64,000 nucleotides of DNA. Source: Chlorobiota bacterium (GTDB lineage: Bacteria; Bacteroidota; Ignavibacteria; OLB7). Position numbers and translations under genes: made by a program. Numbering within the stretch: position 1 is the stretch's first letter; the number at the start of each line of letters is the position of its first letter. The DNA lies in assembly GCA_028287785.1 (NCBI GenBank), contig JAQBOZ010000017.1, positions 1,901-65,900 on the forward strand, read 5' to 3'. Below, in pieces: positions 49,940 to 60,094 of the stretch. The notes beneath the pieces are model-generated. The model was not told the DNA's origin. It worked only from the letters and a program-made list of their open reading frames with translations, and did not search any database.

Positions 49940-52900
49940 ATGAAGCCACTTCGCCTTCAACTTGCAGGACTGAACAGCTTTCGCGAGAAGACCTCGATCG
50001 ATTTCGAGACGCTTATGAACGGAGGGCTCTTCGGCATATTCGGCCCGACCGGCAGCGGCAAATCGACGATTCTGGACGCCATGACGCTTGCGCTCTACGG
50101 CAAGGTGCGGCGCGCGCCGGGGGGGACGCAGGGGATCATCAATATGGCGGAAAGCCGCTGCTCCGTGGCGTTCACGTTCGAGATCGGCGGCAATGGAACG
50201 CGGCAGACCTACACGATCGAGCGCCTGCTGGCCCGTACCAAGGCGGGAGGGATCGAGACCAGGCGGATGCGCCTGATGGAGCATCGCGACGGCGAACTGG
50301 TGCCGGTCAGCGAGAAGAAGAGCGAGCTGAAGGAGATCATTCAGGAGATCATCGGCATCAACGCCGAGGATTTTCTCCGGGCTGTGGTGCTTCCGCAGGG
50401 AGCGTTCGCGGAGTTCCTTTCGCTGGAATCGCGCGAGCGGAGCGCGGTGCTGCAACGGCTGTTCAATCTCCATCACTTCGGCGATCGCCTGAGCATACAG
50501 TTGAAACAGCGCCAGACGGAGATGCAGAAGGGACGCGCGGAGGTGGAGGGGAGAATGCACGAGCTCAGGGCGTACGATGATGACGCGGTGACGGCTCACG
50601 AACAGGCGGAGCAGCATGCCGCCGATCATCTTGCCACGATCCGGCGCGAGGTGATCGAACGGGAGAAGCTCCATGCCGATCTCCTGGCGCTCCACGGTCT
50701 GCTGATCGAACAGCGCGATCTGCTGGCGACGGAAGCGGCATGGAGCCTGCGCGAGCACGAGCTTCACGAGCTGCGATCGCGCATGGAACGGGCCGATCGC
50801 GGTCGGCTTGTGGAGCCGGCCATCAACGTGCTGGACCTTGCCGCGCGGCGTTGCGCCGAGTCGAACGCGCGGCATCGGGAGGCCGTCAGCCAGAACGATT
50901 TCATCATCAATCAGCTCGCCGCCGCCCGGCTTCTGTTCGACAGGGCCACGCTCGACTACCCGGAAGTGTTCAACGTGCTCTGCCAGGAGATCGCGGAGCT
51001 TGACGCGATCCGGCGGGAGGAATCGCGGCTGTTCGAGAACCGCGAACGACTGCAATTGATGCATGCCGAGCTGCCGGAGCTCCTCCGGCACCACGAGGCG
51101 ATGGAGGCGGAGCACCGGACGGTCGCGGCGGATGTCGAGGAGATGGAGCGGCTGATGCGGGAGTGGGAGCGGGAGGCGGAGGAGCATATGATCGCTCCCG
51201 ATGAGCGCGCGCTGCTCGCTGGGATGAGCCGTCTGCTTCAGAGCATTGCCGGCATCGGTGAGCAGATCGCGCGGAAGGAGGAGGAGATCGCGCGGCTCGA
51301 ACTGACGATATCCTCGGGGCGCGGCACGTCGAGCGCCGCCGACCGGGAGGAAGCCGCGGCCCTGGCGGAAGTGGAGCGTATCGGCGGGGAGAGGGAGCGC
51401 GCGAAGGCCGGGCAGGAACGTGCCAGAGCCGAACAGGAACATCTCCGGAACAGGTATGTGACGCTGAACAGAGCCTTGAGCGATATCAACGCGCAGGAGC
51501 ATCTGGCCGGTATCCACGACGCGGATCTGAAGAGTCAGACGGAGCGCCTGACGGCATTCCAGCAGGCACTGGAGCAGGAGATGCTCCATTTGAAGGAGGC
51601 CCGATCGCACGAATCGAACAACCTCATGGAGCTTGAGAACATCAGGACTCTGAGAGATGAGGCGCGCAGGAAATCATCGCTCGCATCGCTTGCCCTGCAT
51701 CTTCATACTGGATCTCCCTGCCTCCTCTGCGGCTCCCTGGATCATCCCACGCCCCATGTGCCCGAGGAGCGCCTGTCGACGGAGATCGAATCGCTCGATG
51801 CCGAGCTTGCGCGGCTGGAGGGGAAGGTGAGGGAATGCGAGATAACGTGCAGGCATATCGAACGCTCGGTCGCGGCCGCCGAGAATGCCTCGGAAACGGC
51901 CACGGCAACGTTGGAGAGCCTGACGGCAAAGCGGGATGCCGTGCGCGCCCGCATCGAGGAGCTGCTTGGCTCGGTCGTCGCCGAACCGCTGATTGCCACA
52001 AGCGACGCGTTGAGAGCGCTGATCGATGAGGTGGTTGTTGAGGGAACGATAAAGACCGAGGCGGTGGACTCTCTGAGCGCGCGACTTCATGAGCTGGAGG
52101 ATATCTCCCTGCAAGCCGAGCGGGAGCGGAGCCGTATCGCGGAGCAGCGGGCCGGTCGCGACGCGGAGTTTGCGCGGGACCGCGACCGGCTGGAGCGGGA
52201 GATTGCGGCGCTGCGCCAACTGCGCGATCAACGCCAGTCGATATCGCACGACATCGCCTCGCTCTCCGGCGGCCGTACCGCCGCCGATATCGAAGAACGT
52301 TTTGTGGAGGTCGAGCGGCACGATCACGCGCTGGCCGAAACGCGCGCCCGCATCGCGTCGAAGCGCGAGGAACAGGGTCGGGCGAGGCTGAACCTGGCCC
52401 GTATCGAAGCGATGCGGGAGGAGGGACGGCGGAACGCGATGGACGCCGAGAGCGAGGCGCGCGCGCTGGAGGGGGAGATCCTCAGACAGACCACGGAGGT
52501 TGCCTCCCGCATCGCGGCGCTTGTTCCGGAAATCGAACGGCGGGAACGTGTGGCGGTGCTGATCTCCGGTCGGGAGCTGCGCCGGAACAGGATCAAGGAG
52601 GAGTTCGATCGGGCGAAGCTCCGCTATGATGCCGCGCATACCGAGGCGCAGGTGAAACAGGGGGCGGTGGATGAGGCCTGGAAGGAGTTCTGCCGGGAGG
52701 ATGCCGCATGGAAGGAGGCCGATCGCGTATGCCGCGAGCGGTTGATCGAGCATGGGTTTGCCGGCACGGAGGAGGTGCGGGAAAGCATCCTTCCCGATGA
52801 GGAATTGCGCGGGCTTCGGAGTCGCGCGGAGCAGATCGCCATGGAACATGAGCGGCGCCTTCGCCGGATGGAGGAGCTTTCACTGTCGATCGCCGACCGG

Positions 52901-53578
52901 ACGCTGGCCGACGAAGAACTCCGCGAGCGCGAACAGGAGTTGACCGACGCCCAGGGGAGGGAGGAATCGGCAACGCTTGCGCTTGGCGGCGCCCGCGAAA
53001 AACTGAGGGAATGTCGCGAGAAGAACCAGGAGTGGCGGAAGGTGAGCCTGGATGATCGTGAGAACGCCGGGAAGCTGGCGACCATGGATCAACTGGGTCG
53101 CTATATCCGCGCGAACGCGTTCGTCGATTATCTCGCCAACGAGCGGCTTGTGGAGATCTGCCGTCGCGCGTCGGTGCAGCTTGCCACCCTCACCGGCGGG
53201 CGCCTGGCGATTGGAGCGCGTCCGAAGGATGGGTTCCACATTCGGGACAACGGCAACGGCGGCGGCGAACGCGCCCCCAGCACGCTTTCCGGCGGCGAGA
53301 CCTTTCTCGTCTCGCTTTCCCTTGCTCTCGCGCTCTCCGATACCATTCAGATGGGGCGCGCCCCGCTGGAATTCTTCTTCCTTGATGAGGGTTTCGGCAC
53401 GCTCGACAACGATCTGCTGGATACCGTCATGAACTCGCTCGACCGGCTCCGCTCGGAGAACCGGGCAATCGGCGTTATCTCGCATGTGGCGCAGCTTCGC
53501 GAGCGGATACCGCGTCGGTTGATCGTAACCCCCGCCGATGAGCGGCGCGGCTCGACCGTGCGCTACGAAATGGTCTGA
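49940..53578 (+). CDS. sbcC: Exonuclease SbcCD subunit C (SMC-like ATPase)
   Basis: GPTGSGKS, LPQG, zinc hook CLLCGS, LSGGE, FFLDEGFGTLD, ISHV. Confidence 0.96.
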   Translation: MKPLRLQLAGLNSFREKTSIDFETLMNGGLFGIFGPTGSGKSTILDAMTLALYGKVRRAPGGTQGIINMAESRCSVAFTFEIGGNGTRQTYTIERLLARTKAGGIETRRMRLMEHRDGELVPVSEKKSELKEIIQEIIGINAEDFLRAVVLPQGAFAEFLSLESRERSAVLQRLFNLHHFGDRLSIQLKQRQTEMQKGRAEVEGRMHELRAYDDDAVTAHEQAEQHAADHLATIRREVIEREKLHADLLALHGLLIEQRDLLATEAAWSLREHELHELRSRMERADRGRLVEPAINVLDLAARRCAESNARHREAVSQNDFIINQLAAARLLFDRATLDYPEVFNVLCQEIAELDAIRREESRLFENRERLQLMHAELPELLRHHEAMEAEHRTVAADVEEMERLMREWEREAEEHMIAPDERALLAGMSRLLQSIAGIGEQIARKEEEIARLELTISSGRGTSSAADREEAAALAEVERIGGERERAKAGQERARAEQEHLRNRYVTLNRALSDINAQEHLAGIHDADLKSQTERLTAFQQALEQEMLHLKEARSHESNNLMELENIRTLRDEARRKSSLASLALHLHTGSPCLLCGSLDHPTPHVPEERLSTEIESLDAELARLEGKVRECEITCRHIERSVAAAENASETATATLESLTAKRDAVRARIEELLGSVVAEPLIATSDALRALIDEVVVEGTIKTEAVDSLSARLHELEDISLQAERERSRIAEQRAGRDAEFARDRDRLEREIAALRQLRDQRQSISHDIASLSGGRTAADIEERFVEVERHDHALAETRARIASKREEQGRARLNLARIEAMREEGRRNAMDAESEARALEGEILRQTTEVASRIAALVPEIERRERVAVLISGRELRRNRIKEEFDRAKLRYDAAHTEAQVKQGAVDEAWKEFCREDAAWKEADRVCRERLIEHGFAGTEEVRESILPDEELRGLRSRAEQIAMEHERRLRRMEELSLSIADRTLADEELREREQELTDAQGREESATLALGGAREKLRECREKNQEWRKVSLDDRENAGKLATMDQLGRYIRANAFVDYLANERLVEICRRASVQLATLTGGRLAIGARPKDGFHIRDNGNGGGERAPSTLSGGETFLVSLSLALALSDTIQMGRAPLEFFFLDEGFGTLDNDLLDTVMNSLDRLRSENRAIGVISHVAQLRERIPRRLIVTPADERRGSTVRYEMV

Positions 53579-53632
53579 CGATGTGCGGCATAGCTTGCAT
53601 TTTTCAATCACATTCATCCTAGTTCGGAATCC

Positions 53633-54358
53633 ATGATAACTGTGGTAACGATAGACTTCTGGAACACCCTCTTCGATCACACGGGAGGCGTGCCGCGCAA
53701 TCTTGCGCGCAAGGCGGCTCTTGCCGGCGCGGTTGCCTCATCCGGGAATCTCTGCGAGCCGGCAACGCTGGAGAGGGCCTATGAGGGGGTCTGGGAGTAC
53801 TTTGACGATCACTGGCTGAACCGCCAGCGCACGCCGACCTCGGAGGAAATGGTCAGGGAGATGTGCCGCCAGGCGAATATCACTCTTCCCGAGTCGGTGG
53901 TGATGGAAGTGGCCGAGAGCTTTTCGCGCGGCATCCTGGATCATCCTCCGTCACTGCTCCCCGGCGTGGATGCGGCTCTGGAGTTCCTGGCCTCCCGTGC
54001 AAAACTGGCGGTGATTTCCGATACGGCGTTCTCCGGCGGCGCGGTACTCCGCGAGGTGATGGAGGGCGCGGGGATCGCGAAATACTTCAGCGCATATGTG
54101 TTCAGCGACGAAACCGGGGTTGCCAAGCCGCACCCGGAGGCATTCCAGGCCGCGTTGGGCGCTCTGAACGCCCAGCCCCGGGAGGCGATGCATATCGGCG
54201 ATATCGAGCGCACGGATATCCGGGGCGCCAAGAATGCCGGCATGAAGGCGATACTCTACCGCGGAGGGAACGAGCCCTCCAAATACGCCGAAGAGTCGAC
54301 GATGGCGGATCTGGTGATGGATCATTGGGATGAAATGGGCGCGGATGCGCTGGCATGA
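53633..54358 (+). CDS. HAD-superfamily hydrolase
   Basis: DFWNTL, ISDT, KPHP, HIGDIERTDIRGA. Confidence 0.92.
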   Translation: MITVVTIDFWNTLFDHTGGVPRNLARKAALAGAVASSGNLCEPATLERAYEGVWEYFDDHWLNRQRTPTSEEMVREMCRQANITLPESVVMEVAESFSRGILDHPPSLLPGVDAALEFLASRAKLAVISDTAFSGGAVLREVMEGAGIAKYFSAYVFSDETGVAKPHPEAFQAALGALNAQPREAMHIGDIERTDIRGAKNAGMKAILYRGGNEPSKYAEESTMADLVMDHWDEMGADALA

Positions 54359-54477
54359 TCTGCAAAGGGGAAGGGGGCGGCACGATAAGTGTAACGGAGT
54401 CAGGTATAGAGGCGGTGATGTCGATCAGCTCTGAACGATTTCGCGTGACAGCGAGGTGATCATTACGAGCGAGGTGC

Positions 54478-54485
54478 TACATTTG
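54478..54485 (+). promoter_or_regulatory. Bacteroidota-type -7 element TACATTTG
   Basis: TAnnTTTG in the intergenic region upstream of the ECF sigma gene. Confidence 0.45.
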
Positions 54486-54646
54486 CCCGTCGTTGTGGAT
54501 TCACGTCGCCCGCGTGGTTTCCATGGTAGCGATTCCCTACATCGCTATCCGGTTCAGGATGATGAATAAGCCAATGGAATAACGCGGGCTCGATGTAAGC
54601 CGACGCTGATCGGGCCGGTTGTACCTGTGGCAACGAGGTTAATGAA

Positions 54647-55198
54647 GTGACGCGAAGAAACCTCAATAATATCAGCGAAGACGAGTTGATCTCGCTGCTC
54701 AGGCAACGGGAACAGTCGGTTGTCGGGGTGCTGTATGATCGATATTCCGGCGCTCTGTATCGAATGATTTATCGGGTCGTGCATTCGGATGAGATAGCGG
54801 AGGATGTTCTTCAGGAGACGTTCACGAAGATATGGACCGAGTTCGCGTCATATGATACATCGAAGGGCAAACTCTTTACATGGATGGCCCGCATAGGGCG
54901 GAATCTGGCGCTTGACAAGATCAAGTCAAGGGATCACAGGAACGCTCTGAAAAACCAGGAGATTGATAGCGTCGTACCTCTTATAGACAGTGAATTGAAC
55001 AGCGTCTATAATGCCGACCGGATCGGGCTTGCCGAGATCGTCCGCTCGTTGAGGCCGGAGCAGGAGGAACTTGTTGAACTGATCTACTTTCAGGGCTATA
55101 CACAGGCCGAGGCATCCGATCAACTGGGGATTCCACTGGGCACGGTTAAGACCAGACTACGTGCCGCGATAAACATTATCAGAAAAATCTTCGAATAG
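54647..55198 (+). CDS. ECF sigma factor (SigK-like)
   Basis: LYDRYS, AEDVLQETF, FTWMARIGRN, GYTQAE..LGIPLGTVKTR. Confidence 0.93.
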   Translation: MTRRNLNNISEDELISLLRQREQSVVGVLYDRYSGALYRMIYRVVHSDEIAEDVLQETFTKIWTEFASYDTSKGKLFTWMARIGRNLALDKIKSRDHRNALKNQEIDSVVPLIDSELNSVYNADRIGLAEIVRSLRPEQEELVELIYFQGYTQAEASDQLGIPLGTVKTRLRAAINIIRKIFE

Positions 55199-56014
55199 GT
55201 GGACATCAACGAGTACATATCGTCGGGTATTCTCGAACTGTACGTGGCCGGAGCGCTCGCGCCTGATGAAATGCTCGACGTTGAGCGGATGGCCGAACAG
55301 CACCCCCAGGTCCGGGAGGAGATTGCCGCGATTGAAAAGGTTGTCCAGGCGTTGGTAAGCTCCCAGGCGAGAAATCCGCGGCCGGAGCTTCGCGCCCGAA
55401 TACTCGACAAGATCGGCGATGGCGATGAGAGCGCCTCCATTCATCAGCTCGATACACGTCCGGAACCCGCGCCCCGGCCGGCAGGAACCAGCATGCGATA
55501 TCTTCTTGCCGCCTCTCTGGTGTTTACCCTGCTCAGCGCATCGGCCGCCGGATATTTCGGGTATCGATGGAATCAGACCAGCAATCAGCTGGCGGCGGTT
55601 ATCAATGAGAAGGATCAGATCGCGGGCGATCGCCAGTTGCTTAAAACACGGCTCGATCGATCAAGCAGCGATCTGGCCCTGCTGCGCGATACCGAGAGCC
55701 GCGTCGTTGATCTGAAGGGGCTGCCGATCGCGGCCGATGCCCACGCCAGGGTCTACTGGAACCCACGTACATCGCGGGTGATGCTCGACAAGGGAAGCCT
55801 TCCCGAACCGCCGGCCGGACATCAGTACCAGCTCTGGGCGATTGCCAAAAGCGGGCCGGTGGACGATGGCGTGATCGTAAAGGCAGCCGATGCCACGGGA
55901 TTCCAGCAGATGAAGGATGTGGCCGCCGCCGATGCCTTTGCCATTACGCTCGAACCGGAGGGGGGAAGCCCGACTCCCACGCTTGACAGGATGTATGTGA
56001 TGGGAAAACTCTAG
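55199..56014 (+). CDS. RskA-family anti-sigma factor
   Basis: YISSGILELYV.G, one TM, LPEPP..HQYQLWAI, AFAITLEPEGGSPTPT. Confidence 0.92.
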   Translation: MDINEYISSGILELYVAGALAPDEMLDVERMAEQHPQVREEIAAIEKVVQALVSSQARNPRPELRARILDKIGDGDESASIHQLDTRPEPAPRPAGTSMRYLLAASLVFTLLSASAAGYFGYRWNQTSNQLAAVINEKDQIAGDRQLLKTRLDRSSSDLALLRDTESRVVDLKGLPIAADAHARVYWNPRTSRVMLDKGSLPEPPAGHQYQLWAIAKSGPVDDGVIVKAADATGFQQMKDVAAADAFAITLEPEGGSPTPTLDRMYVMGKL

Positions 56015-56120
56015 AACAATTCGAGCCACGGGCGATCCGCTCGTGGCTGCCAGGGGCTTTAAGAATACACGGACTGTTGAACAATGCCACCGATGACGTT
56101 GTTCAATAGTCTGTCAGACG

Positions 56121-56157
56121 AAAAAGGCGGGATGGACCAGTTCCACCCCGCCTTTTT
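56121..56157. terminator. Bidirectional terminator
   Basis: AAAAAGGCGGGATGG/CCACCCCGCCTTTTT between convergent genes. Confidence 0.8.
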
Positions 56158-56175
56158 ATAATTCCGGCCGCACGA

Positions 56176-57396
56176 TTATTTCGTGAGGGACATCGTTTTC
56201 GTTTCGGAGTAGCCGCCGGAAACAAGCCGGTAGAGATAGTTGCCGCTCGGCAGATCGGAACCGTCGAACGTCACGGAGTACGATCCGGCCGGCAGGTTTT
56301 CATCCTTCAGCACCTTGACCTCTCCTCCCTCGGCGTTGAACACCGTCAGCCTGGTCTGGCCGGCCTTCGGAAGGGTGAATGAAATAACCGTCTGGGTCGA
56401 GAACGGGTTCGGCCGGTTGGCTTCGAGCTGATAGCCGAGCGACTCGGACGCCGCCGGATGTTCGCTCGACTGCCTTGTGTCGAGCGTCGGACCCTCCAGC
56501 GTATCGCTCCCCGACGGGGTCTGCTGCTTGGTTGTGGTAACGATCGTCACTCTGGAACGGGTGCCGTTGGTCGCGGTATCGCGGCCGATCCGCACCAGCG
56601 TCCGGCTGTTGCCCCCTTCAATCACTCTGACGCTGTCGTTCCCCATCACCATTACTCTCTCCCTGGCGATCATCGGTTTTGTTCCATCGGCGTTGAGCGG
56701 CATCCCCAGCGAATCGGAGGTGATGACCTCCACCCTGACATCGCCATTCTCCCCCGGATCATTCAGCATGACATGGTCCTGCGTGGAATCGATGGTGGTG
56801 CGAACGATCACCGTGCTGGTGCACTTGAACTTGCCGAGCTTCGCGAGCGCCCCGTGACAGACGCTGGAATCGTTCATGACGATCACCGTGCGTACTGTTC
56901 CATTCCCCATTCCCGAGTCGGGGATAAGGGACATCGAAATCTCTCCCACTCCCGGCAGCGTCATATGCCGGATGTTGGAATCGACCTGGAGGAGATTGCC
57001 GTTGGCATCCTCGATGGATTTCCGCACATGTTCCATCTCCGCCTTCATCTCCGCCGCAAGCCCCGCGGTATCGCCATTGATAATGATCTGCCGCTGAATC
57101 CCGCGCATCTGCTTCTGAACGTCCTTGTTGATCCGCCGCAGCTCGATCTTCAACTGCCTGGCCTCCCTGTTCTGCATCCGCAGTTCGGTTCGCAATGAAT
57201 CGATATCGGGGAGATCATCCGCATTCATCTGTTCGATGATCAGCATCGAATCGTTCGATAGTATCTGCGGGGCGTTGCCGTTCCGGATGATAATGGTCCG
57301 TTCCTCGCGGCGCACCGGCGCCTTGCTGCTCTGCGCCAGCACCGGCATGGTTGCGGCCAGGGCGAGGGCGGCCATTACTGCTGTAGTCGATTTCAT
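56176..57396 (-). CDS. T9SS-CTD secreted protein with coiled-coil and low-complexity beta-rich region
   Basis: GGAGG RBS; MKSTTAVMAALALAATMPVLA|Q; C-terminal NRPNPF..TVISFTLP..GNYLYRL..TKTMSLTK. Confidence 0.85.
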   Translation of the reverse strand: MKSTTAVMAALALAATMPVLAQSSKAPVRREERTIIIRNGNAPQILSNDSMLIIEQMNADDLPDIDSLRTELRMQNREARQLKIELRRINKDVQKQMRGIQRQIIINGDTAGLAAEMKAEMEHVRKSIEDANGNLLQVDSNIRHMTLPGVGEISMSLIPDSGMGNGTVRTVIVMNDSSVCHGALAKLGKFKCTSTVIVRTTIDSTQDHVMLNDPGENGDVRVEVITSDSLGMPLNADGTKPMIARERVMVMGNDSVRVIEGGNSRTLVRIGRDTATNGTRSRVTIVTTTKQQTPSGSDTLEGPTLDTRQSSEHPAASESLGYQLEANRPNPFSTQTVISFTLPKAGQTRLTVFNAEGGEVKVLKDENLPAGSYSVTFDGSDLPSGNYLYRLVSGGYSETKTMSLTK

Positions 57397-57451
57397 TGAT
57401 AAGCCTCCCATTGGTTGACTGTGGAAATTCAGGTATTGTGCATTTCGAGCG

Positions 57452-57480
57452 TTGGGACGGCGCCGTGATAACTCTGTTCC
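57452..57480 (-). promoter_or_regulatory. ECF-type promoter GGAAC-N16-CGTCCCAA for the T9SS gene
   Basis: GGAAC at 57480..57476, 16-nt spacer, CGTC at 57459..57456. Confidence 0.7.
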
Positions 57481-57495
57481 GTTGAAGTTCGGGAT

Positions 57496-57524
57496 GGAAC
57501 ATCTTGGCGGGACCCCCGTCTCAA
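57496..57524 (+). promoter_or_regulatory. ECF-type promoter GGAAC-N16-CGTCTCAA for the sigma/anti-sigma operon
   Basis: GGAAC at 57496..57500, 16-nt spacer, CGTC at 57517..57520. Confidence 0.7.
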
Positions 57525-57558
57525 GCCACAATTACAGTTGATGAGAGTTGCGTAGTTC

Positions 57559-58254
57559 ATGGATTTTGTCACCGGTAGCACGGCTATAGTGGAATATAGA
57601 GAGGGGCCTCAGCCCGAGCCACGTCAGGCAGCCACGCCGTACAGTTCCGGTGAGCGGCGGCGCATGTGCGCGCTTTGCGATCAGGAGTTGGTAAGCGGTT
57701 CGGTCGCGGGAAACTCGATGGCGTTCGATGAGCTGGTGGTGCGATACAGGTCGAAAGTGCTTCGCCTTATCGCCTCCACGCTTGGCCCCGATGCCGAGGC
57801 GGAGGATATCGCGCAGGATATCTTTGTGAAGATGTACCTGTCGCTTGCACGGTTTCGTGGAGATGCCTCCTTCTCCACGTACCTTTATACCGTGACCGTC
57901 AACCGCTGCCGGGACGAGCTGCGGAAAGGAAAGCTGCGGAAGTTCTTTTCGTTCGATGAATGGTTCTCGCGCAATGAGGTATCCCACCCCACGCAGGACA
58001 ACGCCCAGGATATCGATTCCGATGAACGCCGGCGCGCCGTGCGGCGCGCGATGAAATCCCTGCCGACCCAGTCGCAGATGCTTCTGCATCTCCGCGAGAT
58101 CGAGGAGTTGAGCTATAAGGATCTGGCCGATATTTTTGACGTGGAGATCGGCACCATCAAATCGCGCCTTGCCCGCGCAAGAGAACGATTGCGATGCCAG
58201 CTCCAGCCGTATCTGACCGAGGGAACATTCCCCGGCGCCGGCGACCCGGAATAG
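57559..58254 (+). CDS. ECF sigma factor (RpoE/SigW-like)
   Basis: AFDELVVRY, AEDIAQDIFVK, FRGDASFSTYLY, LSYKDLA..IGTIKSRLARAR; alternative start at 57664. Confidence 0.93.
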   Translation: MDFVTGSTAIVEYREGPQPEPRQAATPYSSGERRRMCALCDQELVSGSVAGNSMAFDELVVRYRSKVLRLIASTLGPDAEAEDIAQDIFVKMYLSLARFRGDASFSTYLYTVTVNRCRDELRKGKLRKFFSFDEWFSRNEVSHPTQDNAQDIDSDERRRAVRRAMKSLPTQSQMLLHLREIEELSYKDLADIFDVEIGTIKSRLARARERLRCQLQPYLTEGTFPGAGDPE

Positions 58255-58350
58255 GCATCGCGATGATGAACAATGGATATCGTGAATTCTCTTTGAAAAA
58301 ATCCTATAACGCCTGTCCGTGTATCGCGGACGTTCTCCGTTCATGCGAAG

Positions 58351-59871
58351 ATGATTCATAAACTTTCAGAGATCGATCGAACACTCCTCTCCGCCTATCT
58401 CGATAACGAGGTGTCGGCCGTGGAACGGCTCAGGGCCGAGCAACTGCTCGCGTCCTCCGGGCACGCACGCGCCTATCTGGGGGAGCTTCGGGCCGTCGGC
58501 CAGCTCTCGGAGGCCGGGGTGATCGTGCCGGCGGTGATGACATCGCTTCCGGGGGCCACCAGACTGACCGGAAGCGCCATCGAGACGATTGCCAGGCGGG
58601 CGGCCATAAAGAAGGCGATGGCGTTCACGGCATTGAAGATCGCCGGCGTGGCAACCACCGCCGCCGCCGTGGTAACAGGCGTGGTGCTGATTACAAGGCA
58701 TCCGGTCGTAAAGGAAAAGCCCCCGACGGCTCATGCCAGAGTGGCGCCCAGAGAGACGGTGTCGCCAGTCGCGGCGCAGCCGGTCGCCAATCTCGACACC
58801 AACGTTTTTCTTGTGCCGCCGATGACCGCGGCTGATCTCTACGCCTTTGCCGTGCACGGGACGCTGCCGATGGATTCCAAGCGGGAACGCTTTATCACCG
58901 TCGCCCCGAAGGGAAAGGATTCGCTCGAGGTGCATGTTCATGCCGATTCCCCGGTTGACCTGCGCGAGGAGTTCAAGGAGTTCGACGAGGCCGATCTTCA
59001 CATTCTGGATTCGATTCAGCGGGTAATCCGTACATCGCTCATTCAGTATTCCAACGGCAACATCGCCCTGCGCGCCGATATCCCCTCGATACGCCTCGGC
59101 GCCATCCGCACGCTGGAGCGTGCCAAGGCGCAGCTCCCGGCTCAACTGCGGGAACAGCTCAACCGCACGCGCGCCGAACTCGATCGTCTCCGCCCGGAAC
59201 TCGCCGCCGAGAACGCGCTGCGCGACATGCCCCCGCCCCGGTTTTCGTACCAGGGAAATGTCCCGAAGAAAAATGTCGTCGTCCCCTACATGGTGCTGAG
59301 CTTGAAGGGCGGTTTTGGAGAGGCGCGCGAGAACCACTCGAACAGGGAGGGGCAGTTCCTCATCGGCGTCGACAACAGGCATACCTTCTCGATCGATCAG
59401 AACCAGCTTGGGTCGTTCGAGTCGAGGATGTCCAATGTTCCGCCGCCGCCATTTCCATTGGAGACGGTGGAGGATGATGAGCAGCAGAAGTTCAACGTCG
59501 TCAACGCCGGCGTCCGGCCGGTGGTGCGTCCACGGAAGCCGCGGCACGCCGAAGAGCAGCAGCAGGAAGAGCAGGAGAATGATAACCTTCCGGTGGAGAT
59601 GCGGACGGATGCGGCCCAGCAGCGGAAGGCCTATCAGTACATGATCTCCGTGGATGATACGCTTCTCTTCCGCGCCGATTCATCGCTGCGGTCGGCCCGC
59701 CGGTCGATCATCCGTATCGACACGATGCTCAATCGCATTCAGATCAGAACCCAGAGCCGTGGCGGGAAGAAGAGCATCATCATCATGCAGCCGGATGGGA
59801 GCATGAACGGCGGGATGATATTGCAGGGGAGTGATGACCCCGACGGGCCGGAGTCGCACGAAGAGGAGTAA
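58351..59871 (+). CDS. Putative anti-sigma factor with an unrecognised extracytoplasmic domain
   Basis: N-terminal LLSAYLDNEVS..ER...E..L anti-sigma helix without HxxxCxxC; hydrophobic segment near aa 92-113; follows the ECF sigma gene. Confidence 0.75.
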   Translation: MIHKLSEIDRTLLSAYLDNEVSAVERLRAEQLLASSGHARAYLGELRAVGQLSEAGVIVPAVMTSLPGATRLTGSAIETIARRAAIKKAMAFTALKIAGVATTAAAVVTGVVLITRHPVVKEKPPTAHARVAPRETVSPVAAQPVANLDTNVFLVPPMTAADLYAFAVHGTLPMDSKRERFITVAPKGKDSLEVHVHADSPVDLREEFKEFDEADLHILDSIQRVIRTSLIQYSNGNIALRADIPSIRLGAIRTLERAKAQLPAQLREQLNRTRAELDRLRPELAAENALRDMPPPRFSYQGNVPKKNVVVPYMVLSLKGGFGEARENHSNREGQFLIGVDNRHTFSIDQNQLGSFESRMSNVPPPPFPLETVEDDEQQKFNVVNAGVRPVVRPRKPRHAEEQQQEEQENDNLPVEMRTDAAQQRKAYQYMISVDDTLLFRADSSLRSARRSIIRIDTMLNRIQIRTQSRGGKKSIIIMQPDGSMNGGMILQGSDDPDGPESHEEE

Positions 59872-60028
59872 GAGGGGCGCACGCCATGACAAACGAACAA
59901 GGGCTCGGTCCGCTGGAGATTCGGATCGGGCCCTTCCTCGTTGCGGAGGGACATTCTGCCGATGTCCCTCCGCGGTGCCAGTCGTATCAGGCTGTTGAAC
60001 CGTTGAACCATTCCACCCGCACGTGTTC

Positions 60029-60078
60029 AAGCCCCGGAGGGGCGCAACACCTGGTGCGCGGGGCATCGCCCCGCGCAC
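60029..60078 (+). repeat. REP-like 50-bp element, family A, copy 2
   Basis: AAGCCCCGGAGGGGCGCAACACCTGGTGCGCGGGGCATCGCCCCGCGCAC. Confidence 0.85.
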
Positions 60079-60094
60079 GCCCTTAGGCCCTTAC

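Noticed and set aside
49940-53578. SbcCD plus HAD as a novel defence system
   Set aside because: Canonical sbcD-sbcC motifs and order in a housekeeping context with ordinary composition.
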